Origin: an uncultured bacterium | GTDB taxonomy: Bacteria > Zixibacteria > MSB-5A5 > CAIYYT01 | Assembly: GCA_963726455.1 (NCBI GenBank) | Contig: CAVSCK010000003.1 | Span: 352,001 to 416,000, forward strand | Direction of reading: 5' to 3' | DNA length: 64,000 nucleotides | Shown here: positions 19,438 through 29,856 of the stretch, piece by piece | Layout: each line of letters opens with the position of its first letter | How positions within the stretch are numbered: position 1 is the stretch's first letter | Made by a program: the position numbers and the translations under genes | The notes under the pieces: generated by a model | The model's database searches: none | What the model saw: the letters and a program-made list of their open reading frames with translations, nothing else | Told to the model about the DNA's origin: nothing

Positions 19438-20372
19438 GGCCTTCCCCTCACCATGTCGGCGATACGTTTGGCAAAGGAACGCCGGTGGTACTCGTGGTAA
19501 GTGACGGGTTGTGCGCCCCAGCCGGCCTTGAATCGCTTGAGTCCCTCGTCGGTTTCAGGAGAAGCGCCGAAGTTGAAGCGTTGCCGTCCGAAGTCGCGGC
19601 TGCGGGAAATCATAAGGTCAAAGAGGAAGAAATTCGCGGCGAGCTCAAGTCCGACGGCACTGGCATAGCCATCGAAGTAGAAAACATCGGACGGGCTGAC
19701 GAAGTAAAAGTGCAGGGCAAGGAGACTGTCGTCACGAAAAGCGCCGACCATGGTGACGCCGCTGTCATCGGATTGACTTAGTATGTAGAGGGCGGCATAA
19801 AAGGTTTCCGAGAGACGGCGCTCTTCTCCGGTTCGGTCAATATGGTCGCGACGAAGTTGATCGATGGCGACGATATCGGCGATGCCAAGGCGACGGCTGA
19901 CCAATCCCTGTTGTTGGGATTTCCTGACGTTGCGGAGAGTGTTCTCGGAGTATGAGGAGGGTATCGAGAGATCGAGAACATGCGTCGTCAATTCATGCCT
20001 CTGATATTGATCGGGGTATTTCAAATCGAAGGACGGCGACATTTGGACGATGCGTTCGTCGATAAAACGCTGGTCTTGCAGCCAGGCGAATACCTGTTCC
20101 TTGAATGCGGGGTCAGAAGAGCCACCGAGAAAACCGCCATACCATCCGAATGGCAACGAGTAGAACGTGGTGCCAAGTGCCATCTTCTTGCGGAAGCCGA
20201 CAAACAATTCCTGCCCGTCGGATAAAGCGACTCCGTCCCAACCGTACACTTGCTCCCAGATTGCCAGCAAATCGCGGGTGTAAAACATCCCGGGGAGTCC
20301 ATAGCCCTGCGCTGGTTGAAGAACGGAATCAGGAATTTGTGAGACAGGAATTATATCGAATGACATCGGCAC
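19434..20372 (-). CDS. GNAT/FemAB-like acyltransferase
   Basis: SLPFGWYGG, LRNVRKS, FNFGAS...GLKRFKAGWGA, typical of polysaccharide-locus FemAB-like GNATs. Confidence 0.75.
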   Translation of the reverse strand: MPMSFDIIPVSQIPDSVLQPAQGYGLPGMFYTRDLLAIWEQVYGWDGVALSDGQELFVGFRKKMALGTTFYSLPFGWYGGFLGGSSDPAFKEQVFAWLQDQRFIDERIVQMSPSFDLKYPDQYQRHELTTHVLDLSIPSSYSENTLRNVRKSQQQGLVSRRLGIADIVAIDQLRRDHIDRTGEERRLSETFYAALYILSQSDDSGVTMVGAFRDDSLLALHFYFVSPSDVFYFDGYASAVGLELAANFFLFDLMISRSRDFGRQRFNFGASPETDEGLKRFKAGWGAQPVTYHEYHRRSFAKRIADMVRGRP

Positions 20373-20375
20373 ACA

Positions 20376-22529
20376 TCACTTGCGCACGACAAATAACTTT
20401 CCGGTATGACGGCTCTTATCTTCGGCGATGATGTGATAAATATAAACTCCGGAAGCCACGAGAGCACCCGCATCATTGCGGCCATCCCACCCCCGGTCGA
20501 CATCCGTAATCCGTATCAGTTCGCCGGCCACGTTGTAGATTCGCACCTCGGCGCGCTGATTGATCTTGAATTGCAGTGTGGCATTTCCACCGAGTTGAAT
20601 TACGAAAGGATTGGGGTAAGCATAGTTTTGTGCGGCGGAATCGACGGGGCTTAACGAATAATCGAGAATCGACAGGCCGCCGCGCGTGAAGATCAGGAGC
20701 TTGCCGGATTCGTGATCGAATGAAAGACCCTGAATTTCATTGGCGACCAGCTCGGAGTTGTCGGTATTGAAAGCAATCTTCTGCGACTGACCATACGAGA
20801 TGAAGGCCAGTCCGTCGGTGGTGCCGACCCAAAGATTGTTTCTGCTATCGGATGCCAAAGCGCGCACATCAGAGCTGACGCCATCCGGCAATGCCACGAT
20901 GTGGAAGAAATCGATGTCGGCGTCAAAATAGGCAAGCCCGAGAGGTGTGCCGACCCAGAGGCGGTTGTCGCGGTCGAAAATCATGGTGTTGACCGTAGCA
21001 GACGGAAGCAATACGGAGCGGCTATAGTATTTGAGTGTGTCGCCGGAGTGATTAAACGGATCGGCGCCGTAACGGACAAGCATGACACCCTGGCTTTGGG
21101 TGCCGAGGGCAGCCATGCCGATTCCGGCAGCTACGCAAGTGCAGTTGGAGTCGACGACGCCGTCGGAGGCATCGAACCAGGTCCAGAGCGAATCGTGCGG
21201 ATCGAACATGACGAGCGGGCGCATAGGAGACGCCTGATATGACGAAAACCAGATGCGACCGGCTGGGTCGGTGTACATACCGTTGATGACACCGACGCTG
21301 TCCGGATACAGATTCGGACCTTTTAGTTGGGAATTTCCACCGTGGAAGTTGCGGCGGGTGCCAACGGGGAGATACTGCATCGCTCCCCGGGCAAAGGTGC
21401 CGACCCAGAAGGAACCGTCGTCGCCGATGGTGGACGAAATCTTTTCGGCGTCGGGAGCGGTGAGCGTGTCCCAGACATTGTTCTTCATGCGCGCGGGATT
21501 TCCCTGTCGACTGACAGCGTAGAGGTACCCGTCGGGCGTAATGCCGCCGCCGATGAGGTCGTTGCTGGTGGGGCCGGGGACGGGAACGCGGATGTAAGTA
21601 AACTGGCTGTAATGGTAGATGCCGCTTTGAGTCGTCCCGGCAAATGAATACTGCAGGAAGTTCAATTGGTCCGGAGGGAATACATTCAGTTGCTCGACTC
21701 CGATGCGGTCGTCATACACAAGATAGGTCATGTTACTATCGGAGATGACAAGCAGTTGACTCCCGGAAGGAGACAAGCTTCTCACTCGAACACCGGTATC
21801 TCTAACGGTTAGAGCCGTGTCGCCGTCCATCAGATACGAGAACCCGTTCGTTCCCCCAATCCACAAGCGATCGACTATGATGCAGAGATTCGTAAGTGAG
21901 TTCTGATCAGTAGGGATGTTCTTCCACTCGTTGGGATCAAGCAGGAATAGATTAGTGTCGTCGGCATAGGCGAGACCCTCGCCGGTGGCGGCGTAGATTT
22001 TGCCGTTGAAGATCGCCACGTCGTTCACCGGTATTTCGGTGCCGAAGTTGCCGAGGGTGCGGTAGATTTCTTTTACCTCACCGCCGTTGCGGAAGCGGTC
22101 GAACTTGATGACGCCAATACTCGACGCAATCCAGAGATAGCCGGCGGAAGTGTCAGCATGGAATAATTCGACATTGGCGCCGTCGCGGCCGGTGAAGGTG
22201 TAGGTGGTGAAGCTGATATCGCGCAAGTCGAGCCGGTTGAGCACGCCGTCGGCGGAGCCGAAGTAGGCAATTGAGTCGCCGGCGTAGCACGAGAAATTCA
22301 GATCGATACTGCCGAGACCGTCGTTCTTGACATAAGTCACGATCGTATCAAGCGATTGAGTAAACTTCACCAACCCGCCGGTCGTGGTCGCCCAGACAAA
22401 ACCACCGAAGTAGTTTAGAGAAGTGATGGCGTCCTTGTTGGTGTAGGTTTGCCAACTGTACAGTTGCGCCCGGGAGACGTTGCTGACTGTGAGTATGACG
22501 GTGATGATGAGTAGCGCGCGGTTAATCAT
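20376..22529 (-). CDS. PorZ-like secreted double beta-propeller protein with FlgD-Ig/T9SS-type C-terminal domain
   Basis: Signal peptide, WQTYTN, repeated regulator-propeller blades (D-xx-N-x-LWVGT-xx-GLA), C-terminal YAYPNPF...IYNVAGELIR...WDGRN...ASGVY...KLFVVRK. Confidence 0.7.
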   Translation of the reverse strand: MINRALLIITVILTVSNVSRAQLYSWQTYTNKDAITSLNYFGGFVWATTTGGLVKFTQSLDTIVTYVKNDGLGSIDLNFSCYAGDSIAYFGSADGVLNRLDLRDISFTTYTFTGRDGANVELFHADTSAGYLWIASSIGVIKFDRFRNGGEVKEIYRTLGNFGTEIPVNDVAIFNGKIYAATGEGLAYADDTNLFLLDPNEWKNIPTDQNSLTNLCIIVDRLWIGGTNGFSYLMDGDTALTVRDTGVRVRSLSPSGSQLLVISDSNMTYLVYDDRIGVEQLNVFPPDQLNFLQYSFAGTTQSGIYHYSQFTYIRVPVPGPTSNDLIGGGITPDGYLYAVSRQGNPARMKNNVWDTLTAPDAEKISSTIGDDGSFWVGTFARGAMQYLPVGTRRNFHGGNSQLKGPNLYPDSVGVINGMYTDPAGRIWFSSYQASPMRPLVMFDPHDSLWTWFDASDGVVDSNCTCVAAGIGMAALGTQSQGVMLVRYGADPFNHSGDTLKYYSRSVLLPSATVNTMIFDRDNRLWVGTPLGLAYFDADIDFFHIVALPDGVSSDVRALASDSRNNLWVGTTDGLAFISYGQSQKIAFNTDNSELVANEIQGLSFDHESGKLLIFTRGGLSILDYSLSPVDSAAQNYAYPNPFVIQLGGNATLQFKINQRAEVRIYNVAGELIRITDVDRGWDGRNDAGALVASGVYIYHIIAEDKSRHTGKLFVVRK

Positions 22530-24033
22530 GATGCCCTTTCGTGAGCATCAGAATAAACGCAGCTAGCGCGGTAACGGCAAGACAAATCTTCGAGAGGAGC
22601 AGGCCGTAGGTGTCGAACAACGTGGTGCGCGTTTTGTCGCCGATCATGCCTGAGAGTATAGTCGTCTCCCGCAATTTGGTTTTCGCCACGATTCTGCCGT
22701 TGGGATCGATAATTTCACTGACGCCGGTGTTGGCGGAACGCACGATCCAGACACGATTTTCGACGGCGCGGAAGATCGGAATGGCGGCGTGCTGATAAGG
22801 ACCGGCGGTAGGCCCGAACCAGTCATCATTGGTGATGGAGGTCAGGAAATTCGCACCGGAGTTGACCATTTCGCGGACATACTCGGGATATACAGTCTCA
22901 AAGCAGATCAGCACACCGAAACGGTGACCGTGGGAGGTAAACGTGACCAGCGAATCGCCCGGCTCAAAGTCGGAGATATCGAGGTTGAGTTTGTTCTTGA
23001 CGAATTCGCGGAACGACGCCAGGAAGCCAATTTTGTCGGCGTATGGCATGAGTTCGCCGAATGGCACGAGGATGTGCTTGTTGTAAGGCACCTTGTTCAT
23101 GCCTTGCGGAGTGAACATGAAGGCAGAGTTGTAGAAGTGTTTCTTGAAATCCTCGGTGCGGACCAGATGCAAAGCGCCGACGAGCATATCGACGCTGTCG
23201 CGTTTGGCAATTTCCTCCAGCCAGGTGATATAATTGTCCTCGTAGTACAAATATGCCGGAACCGCTGATTCCGGCCAGATGAACAGCTTGGCGGAATCGG
23301 CAGCAGCAGCAGCCGCGAGACGTTGATAATCCATAAAGCTGCGGTCAAGCCCACCTGGCTGCCACTTCTGGCTGATCGGAACATTGCCCTGCAAGGCGGC
23401 AACTTTGAAATCGCCGGTGACCGGCTCGACGCGCGTCGCGCCCCAGAGATACGCTCCAGCATAAACCACCAGTGCTATCGCAAAGACTATCGAGGAGCGG
23501 AGTGGATGATGAACATTGCGATAGCCGAGATAGAGCAGGATGCCAATGACAACGACGAAGAAGCTGACAACGGCGTCGCCACTAAGTTCGGAAAGCTGGA
23601 CAATCGGCAGATTAGCTGCCTGGGTGTACGACAGGTTAAGCCACGGAAAAGAGACCTCGGTCAGCGAGCGAAGATATTCGACGGCGACCCAGACGAACGG
23701 CAGCAGAATCAGGCCGCGGGTACCGTAGCGGCGTGTTGACGCGGCCAGGAGTCCGGCGATGACGGCGTAGTAAATCGCGTGCACGACAATCAGCAGGATC
23801 ACGCCGGTGATGGTGACATAGACGACCCAGTAGAGGGTCAGAAATGAGATCACCATTCCGAACATGTAGCCGCTGCGAAGGCCTTCCTTGAAAGTGAGCC
23901 CGCGCGTGGCGGCGATGAAGATCGGAACAAAGAAGTAGGCCAGAAACCAGAACGGCAGCGGCTCGAATGATAGACTGAAAAAGATGGCGGCAACCAGAAG
24001 AGCGAACCAGCGCTGCGGAAGCTTGAATCGCAT
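22522..24033 (-). CDS. lnt: Apolipoprotein N-acyltransferase
   Basis: TM N-domain, FPWLNLSYTQ, WPESA, K in YNKHILVPFGE, C in LICFE, TNDDWFG, RAVEN, RSANTGVS. Confidence 0.95.
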   Translation of the reverse strand: MRFKLPQRWFALLVAAIFFSLSFEPLPFWFLAYFFVPIFIAATRGLTFKEGLRSGYMFGMVISFLTLYWVVYVTITGVILLIVVHAIYYAVIAGLLAASTRRYGTRGLILLPFVWVAVEYLRSLTEVSFPWLNLSYTQAANLPIVQLSELSGDAVVSFFVVVIGILLYLGYRNVHHPLRSSIVFAIALVVYAGAYLWGATRVEPVTGDFKVAALQGNVPISQKWQPGGLDRSFMDYQRLAAAAAADSAKLFIWPESAVPAYLYYEDNYITWLEEIAKRDSVDMLVGALHLVRTEDFKKHFYNSAFMFTPQGMNKVPYNKHILVPFGELMPYADKIGFLASFREFVKNKLNLDISDFEPGDSLVTFTSHGHRFGVLICFETVYPEYVREMVNSGANFLTSITNDDWFGPTAGPYQHAAIPIFRAVENRVWIVRSANTGVSEIIDPNGRIVAKTKLRETTILSGMIGDKTRTTLFDTYGLLLSKICLAVTALAAFILMLTKGHHD

Positions 24034-24053
24034 TGAGGACGTTCGCGGTTCCG

Positions 24054-25570
24054 TTACAGGAACAGCGACCTGCCGGTCATTTCGGGTGGCACGTTCATTT
24101 TGAGTAACTGTAACATCGTGGGGGCAATATCGGCTAATATTCCACCGGAACGCAAGCGAGGTTTAACGGACTGGTCATAAAAAAGCAGCGGCACCGGATT
24201 GGTCGTATGTGCCGTGAACGGTTTGCCGGTCTGCTTGTCGATCATGGTTTCGGCGTTGCCATGGTCTGCGGTGATAATGGCGCTGCCGCCGAGTTCCTCG
24301 ACTGCTGCCAGCACCTGGCCGACTCCGGAATCGACAGCTTCGATGGCTCTGACTGCGGCCGGAATTATGCCGGTGTGGCCGACCATGTCGGGATTGGCAA
24401 AGTTCAATACGACAACATCAAATTTCCGTGAGCGAATATGCTGCGCGCACTTGGCGGCAACTTCGGGCTCGGACATTTCGGGCTGCAGGTCGTAGGTGGC
24501 AACCTTGGGAGAATGAATCATCTCACGAGATTCGCCGGGGAATGGGATTTCCTCGCCGCCGTTGAAGAAGTAGGTCACGTGAGGATATTTCTCCGTCTCG
24601 GCGATTTTCAAGTACTTCTTCCCTGCTTCAGAGAGAAGCTCGACCAGAATTCGACTCGGTTTGTGATATGGGAAAGCGACGGGAAAATCGAACTTCTCGT
24701 CATACAGAGTCAACGAGACAAGATTGACGTCGGGACCTTCGGGATGTGGGAAGGCCGACTCAGTATGTTTATACAGGATCGACGAAAGCTGGCGAACGCG
24801 ATCGGCGCGGAAATTGAAGAACAGGCAGAGATCGCCGCTCGTGATGCTGAAGGGATGAACCGTGTCGATGACAACCGGCTCGATGAATTCGTCGGTGACG
24901 CCTTTGGCGTAAGAGTCTTCTACGGCCTTAACGGGGTCGCTTGCGTGAACGCCAATGCGTTTGACGATGGCGTTGTAGGCCTTTTCGACGCGATCCCAGC
25001 GTTTGTCACGATCCATGCCCCAGTATCGTCCCATCACCGTCGCGACTTCGCCGAGGCCGGCTGACGCAAATTTGGTAACGCGCTGTTTCATGAAGCCAGC
25101 ACCGGAGGTTGGTGAAGTGTCGCGGCCATCCATGAAGGCATGCAGGAAACAGCTTCTGCACTTTCTCCTTCTTCGCCATATCGATCAAGCGCATCGAGAT
25201 GCTTGAGCGATGAATGGACACCGCCGTCGGAGACCAGGCCGAACAGATGCACGGCATTGCCTGATTTGGAGGCGTTGTCGAAAGCGGTTTTGAGCACGGT
25301 GTTGGTGAAGAAGTCGCCGTCGTCGATAGCTTTGTCGATACGGGTTATTTCCTGATAGATTACGCGCCCGGCGCCGATGTTGAGGTGGCCGACCTCGGAG
25401 TTGCCCATTTGACCAACGGGAAGTCCAACTGATAAACCGGAGGCGCCGATTTGCGTGTGCGGATAGGAAGCAAAGAGTTTGTCGAGGTTTGGCTTTCTTG
25501 CAAGTGAGATGGCGTTACCCGGACCGGGGGCATCAATTCCGTAGCCATCCAAGATCATCAGCAGCAGCAT
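24054..25570 (-). CDS. gpmI: 2,3-BPG-independent phosphoglycerate mutase; two +1 frameshifts (~25188, ~25146)
   Basis: ILDGYG, GQMGNSEVGH, SDGGVHS, then IDMAKKEKVQKLF in a second frame, then LHAFMDGRDT, NFRADR, AETEKYPHVT, NPDMVGHTG, ADHGNAE. Confidence 0.93.
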
Positions 25571-25577
25571 TGGGTCC

Positions 25578-26615
25578 CTATTGTAAATCGACTTTGCGTT
25601 CGCCCTTGACGACTTCGCCTATTATATACGCGTTGAGGTGCATTCTCTTGAGCAGCGCCATGGCTTTGTCGGCCTGTTTTGGGTCGACGACTGCCGTCAT
25701 GCCGATGCCCATGTTGAAGGTTTGATACATGACGCCATCGGCGACACTGCCGTTCTTCTGGATGAAGTGATAGAGAGCCGGAATCGGCCAGCCCGATTTT
25801 TCAATTACGGCGCGGCAACCTTTGGGCAGAATTCGCACCAGGTTGCCCGGAATACCGCCACCGGTGATATGAGCGAGGCCGTGAATGGCCACGGATTCTC
25901 TCAACTTCATGATCGGTTTGAGATAGCTACGGTGGACCGCCATCAATGCTTCGGCAACTGTGCAGCCAAGGTCGTCGATGCGTTGGTCGGGCTGAAGTTG
26001 CAGTTCGTCAAAAAATAATTTGCGCGCCAGCGAGAAGCCGTTCGTGTGCAAGCCGGTTGAAGCCATGCCGATCACGACGTCGCCAAGTTTGATCTTCTTG
26101 CCGTCGATGATCTGTTTCTGATCGACCACGCCGACGATAAATCCCGCGAGGTCATATTCGCCGGGCTGATACAGCGCCGGCATTTCGGCAGTCTCGCCAC
26201 CGATCAACGCACAACCGTTTTCCTTGCAGGCCTTGACCATGCCGGAAACGACGTCGGCAACCACGTCAGGTTCAAGCTTGCCGGTGGCATAGTAGTCGAG
26301 GAAGAACAGCGGGCGTGCGCCGTGAACGAGAATGTCATCGACGCAGTGATTGACGATGTCCTGTCCGACGGTCGTATGAATGCCGGTCATAAATGCAAGC
26401 TTGACCTTGGTGCCAACCGAGTCAGTTGAAGAAATCAACACCGGCTGACGCATACCGGGAAATTTGCCGGAATAGAAGCCGCCAAACAGGCCGACTTCGT
26501 TGAGGACATTCTTGTTGTAGGTTTGCTTTACGAGCTTCTTGATACGGGAGGCAGCTTCATCACCTTTGGCAATATCCACCCCCGCGTCTTTGTAGGTTAG
26601 TGATTTTGAACTCAC
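25578..26615 (-). CDS. purM: Phosphoribosylformylglycinamidine cyclo-ligase
   Basis: YKDAGVDI, TDSVGTK, PLFFLDY, GGETAEMP, GLHTNGFSL, HITGGG, TFNMGIG. Confidence 0.97.
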   Translation of the reverse strand: MSSKSLTYKDAGVDIAKGDEAASRIKKLVKQTYNKNVLNEVGLFGGFYSGKFPGMRQPVLISSTDSVGTKVKLAFMTGIHTTVGQDIVNHCVDDILVHGARPLFFLDYYATGKLEPDVVADVVSGMVKACKENGCALIGGETAEMPALYQPGEYDLAGFIVGVVDQKQIIDGKKIKLGDVVIGMASTGLHTNGFSLARKLFFDELQLQPDQRIDDLGCTVAEALMAVHRSYLKPIMKLRESVAIHGLAHITGGGIPGNLVRILPKGCRAVIEKSGWPIPALYHFIQKNGSVADGVMYQTFNMGIGMTAVVDPKQADKAMALLKRMHLNAYIIGEVVKGERKVDLQ

Positions 26616-27298
26616 AGAAGTTTATATCCGTTTATATCAAGTTCGAATCTCATTTTCAGGTAAACCGCTGCGGCGCGGCAAAGCGACATACGCGAAAGGA
26701 ATATTTCGAAGTACTCCATCACGGACGCGATGGAATCATCAATTTTGATTTCCAGGGCGATGGTTTGTTTCTCCGGATCGACGCGCAGAGAACGAGGATT
26801 TGGCGGCGTAGTTGACGCGGTCATGAATATCGGAAGTCAATTGCTGCAAGGTACGCACGCGCGAGGAATGCACGTCTGATTTGTCGGCAAGGATAACGGC
26901 GGCGGCAATATCGGATACGGGCTGAGTGTCCATATCGTCATGATTGCCGATGGCGGCGGCGACGTCAATCGCCTCGTCGACGGCATACCGATTTGGCTGA
27001 GCAGGTTGTACGCCAATAACGCGCCGGTTTGAGCGTGAAATCTGCGATTGATAGCATTGCCAATGTCATGCATATAGGCCGCGATAGCTGCCAGTTCGCA
27101 CAGCCGTTCGCTGCGTCCGGTGCGTTCGAGAATGTTGAAGGCGATCTTGGAAGTCAGGCGGCAGTGGCGCTGCCCGTGTTCGGTATAGCCCACCTGGCCG
27201 AGATAGAAATCGGCCTTGGCGATCCAGGCGTTGATTTCTTCAGTGTGCATCACCTGATCTATGGTAACTGATTTCGGACGCGTTATTGTCTTCTCCAT
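26612..27298 (-). CDS. HD-domain phosphohydrolase; compensating frameshifts (~26985 and ~26790)
   Basis: GYTEHGQRH, MHDIGN, then AIGNHD...ILADKSDVHSSRVR...DIHDRVNYAA, then VMEYFEIFLSRM...ING across three ORF pieces; GAGG upstream of ATG 27298. Confidence 0.8.
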
Positions 27299-27366
27299 GC
27301 TCGATGTCCTCACTGACAGGATGTGGAAGTTAACGATAACCCTGATGTTGTCAAGGCAGAATCTCC

Positions 27367-29772
27367 TTACATCATATCGACCGCGTCGACATCGACTATT
27401 ACGTTGAGTTTCGCAGATCGTTGGAATTCCTTTGTGGAAAGCACTTCGTGCATAAACGACAGGGTCATCTTGACGCGCGTGGTCTTGAGCAGCAGGTGAA
27501 AACGGAACAGATTCCGGCGTTTGAACATCGGCGCCGCGATCGGGCCTTTGAGGTGGTACAAGCGCCGGTCGAACTTTGCCAGTTGCTGACGGAGGTTTTT
27601 GGAGGTGGTTTCGGCGAGCGAAGCGTCGGGAGACTGGACCTCGATTAATATCAGATGGGCAAACGGCGGGAAATGGAGGTCGCGCCGTTCGGCGATCTCG
27701 CGGTTGTAGAAACCAAGATAGTTGTGCTCGGTAGCCAGTGAAATGATTGTGTCCTCGGGATGCAGGGTCTGGAGGAGCACTTCGCCGGCGAAATTGAGGC
27801 GCCCGGCCCTGCCGGAAACCTGCGTGAGAAGTTGGAAGGCACGTTCGCGCACGCGAAAGTCGGGAAACTCGAGGGCAGTATCGGCGGAGATCACACCGAC
27901 CAGGGCAACATCGGGGAAATCAAAGCCCTTGGAGATCATCTGGGTGCCGATTAGAATCTGCGCGGTGCCCGACTTGAAACGATGGTAAAGATCGGCAAAG
28001 CTACCCTTGGTGCGTGTCGAATCCAGATCCATGCGAATTGCGGCTGAGTCAGGAAAACGGCGGCGAACTTCCTCCTCGAGCTTTTCAGTGCCAACGCCTT
28101 TGTAGAGAAACAGGTTGCTGCCACAAGTGGGACATTTCTCGGGATAGGGTTCGTCATAGCCGCACAGATGGCAGATCAGGCGGTGCTTGCCCTTGTGGTA
28201 GACCAGCGCTACAGCGCAGTTCTGGCAGGTTATTTTGGCGCCACAATCAAAGCAGTGAACGGACGGAGCGAAACCGCGACGGTTCAGCAGGAGCATGACC
28301 TGCCCACTCGCCGCGAGCGTGAATTGCATTCGCTTGACCAGCGGATCGGAAAGATACGCAAAACCGCGCTTCTTAAACTGCTCGCGCAGATCGACCGTGG
28401 TGACCTGCGGCATGAGCCGTTGATCGATGCGATAGGGCAATTCCAGAAGACGGTACTTGCCGGTGGCGGCGTTGTAATAGCTTTCAATTGAAGGTGTGGC
28501 TGAGCCGAGCACGACGGTGCAGTCTTCCTGCTGGGCGCGGAAGACGGCTAAGTCGCGGCCGTGGTAACGAGGCGCCGGCGAGGATTGTTTAAGCGACTGA
28601 TCATGTTCTTCATCCACGACAATCAGTCCAAGGTTTTGGAGCGGCGAGAAAATAGCGGAGCGGGGTCCGAGGATGATCTTGATTTCGCCCGATTTCGCTT
28701 TCTGCCAGATATCGAAGCGTGCCTTGCCGGTCAGGCGGGAATGAATCAGCGCGAGTTGGTTGCCGAAAACGGATTCGAGCCGATAATAAATGGCCTGCGA
28801 CAGGCCGATTTCGGGCACCATCACGATAGCCGATTTGTTGTGGCTGACGGCGTGTTGAATAGCTCGGATGTAAACTTCGGTCTTGCCGGAGCCGGTAACA
28901 CCATGGAGCAGGAACGGCGTGTAGGTCGCAGCGGTGATCGAATCGATCAGCGATTGGACGGCGATTTGCTGAGGTTCGTTCAGGGCAATGCTTTGCGGAA
29001 CAATCTTTCGCGGCTCGTCGACAAACGGAGGTTTTTCGACCAGCTCGACGAGTCCGGCTTTCGTCAACTTGGTGACGAGAGCACGGGAAACCTTCATCTC
29101 GCGGCGAAGTAATTCGAAATCAGCGCCTCCCCTATCGGCAAGATAGGTGAGCAGGGATTTCTCGCGAACGCCAAGACGTTTCGGTTCGGGAGCGCCTGCG
29201 ATCAGTCGAACTTCGTATTCCTGATCAGCGCTCCGCTCCTCTTTGAGCTGCCAATGGAAACTGATGACGCCTTGATCGCGATATGTCTTCAGCTTCTCTG
29301 CGGAAATACCGGCCGCTCGTTGCGAAGATATCGAAGTGCGTTTTCCCAGAAGGGCGAGCAGCTTGACCGCTGCTCTGTCGCCGGATTCGGCGAGTTGTTG
29401 CAGAAGCTCCCGCGAGAGCAGTTCTAGCGACTGATTCAGGCGCGCGGTCAGTGCCTGGGGCAGGTACGCCTTGATGGTTTCATTCAGCGAGGCGAAGTAA
29501 TATTCGGCGACAAAACGGCAAAGTTGCAGTTCCGCTTCGGTCATAACCGGCTGGAGATCGGGAAAGGAATCGATTGACTTCGTTTCGCCCGCGAAGGAGA
29601 CATCCAGCGCGGTAATGATTCCAAGCTGTTTGCGCCGTCCGACGGGCACGACGACTCGGCGACCGACGAGTTCAGCGTCGCCGAGGTCACGTGAGACGCT
29701 ATAAGTCAGCGGCTTCTTTAGCGAGGCAAACAGGCAAACCTCCACCAGGCGGATGTCAGCAGAATTTGTCAC
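27367..29772 (-). CDS. priA: Primosomal protein N' (replication restart helicase)
   Basis: HGVTGSGKTEVY, VDEEHD, LGSATPS, NRRGF, four CxxC Zn motifs, GTQMISKGFDFP, QVSGRAGR. Confidence 0.97.
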   Translation of the reverse strand: MTNSADIRLVEVCLFASLKKPLTYSVSRDLGDAELVGRRVVVPVGRRKQLGIITALDVSFAGETKSIDSFPDLQPVMTEAELQLCRFVAEYYFASLNETIKAYLPQALTARLNQSLELLSRELLQQLAESGDRAAVKLLALLGKRTSISSQRAAGISAEKLKTYRDQGVISFHWQLKEERSADQEYEVRLIAGAPEPKRLGVREKSLLTYLADRGGADFELLRREMKVSRALVTKLTKAGLVELVEKPPFVDEPRKIVPQSIALNEPQQIAVQSLIDSITAATYTPFLLHGVTGSGKTEVYIRAIQHAVSHNKSAIVMVPEIGLSQAIYYRLESVFGNQLALIHSRLTGKARFDIWQKAKSGEIKIILGPRSAIFSPLQNLGLIVVDEEHDQSLKQSSPAPRYHGRDLAVFRAQQEDCTVVLGSATPSIESYYNAATGKYRLLELPYRIDQRLMPQVTTVDLREQFKKRGFAYLSDPLVKRMQFTLAASGQVMLLLNRRGFAPSVHCFDCGAKITCQNCAVALVYHKGKHRLICHLCGYDEPYPEKCPTCGSNLFLYKGVGTEKLEEEVRRRFPDSAAIRMDLDSTRTKGSFADLYHRFKSGTAQILIGTQMISKGFDFPDVALVGVISADTALEFPDFRVRERAFQLLTQVSGRAGRLNFAGEVLLQTLHPEDTIISLATEHNYLGFYNREIAERRDLHFPPFAHLILIEVQSPDASLAETTSKNLRQQLAKFDRRLYHLKGPIAAPMFKRRNLFRFHLLLKTTRVKMTLSFMHEVLSTKEFQRSAKLNVIVDVDAVDMM

Positions 29773-29806
29773 CGCCTATACTAACGCCTGTGGGGAGTGA
29801 TTACGC

Positions 29807-29835
29807 AAAAAAAAGGAGCGTACGAACGCTCCTTT
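29807..29835 (-). terminator. Intrinsic terminator after TPR gene
   Basis: AAAGGAGCGT-ACGA-ACGCTCCTTT stem with 8-nt U tract on the minus strand. Confidence 0.85.
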
Positions 29836-29856
29836 GTCTCCGAATTTCATCAGATC

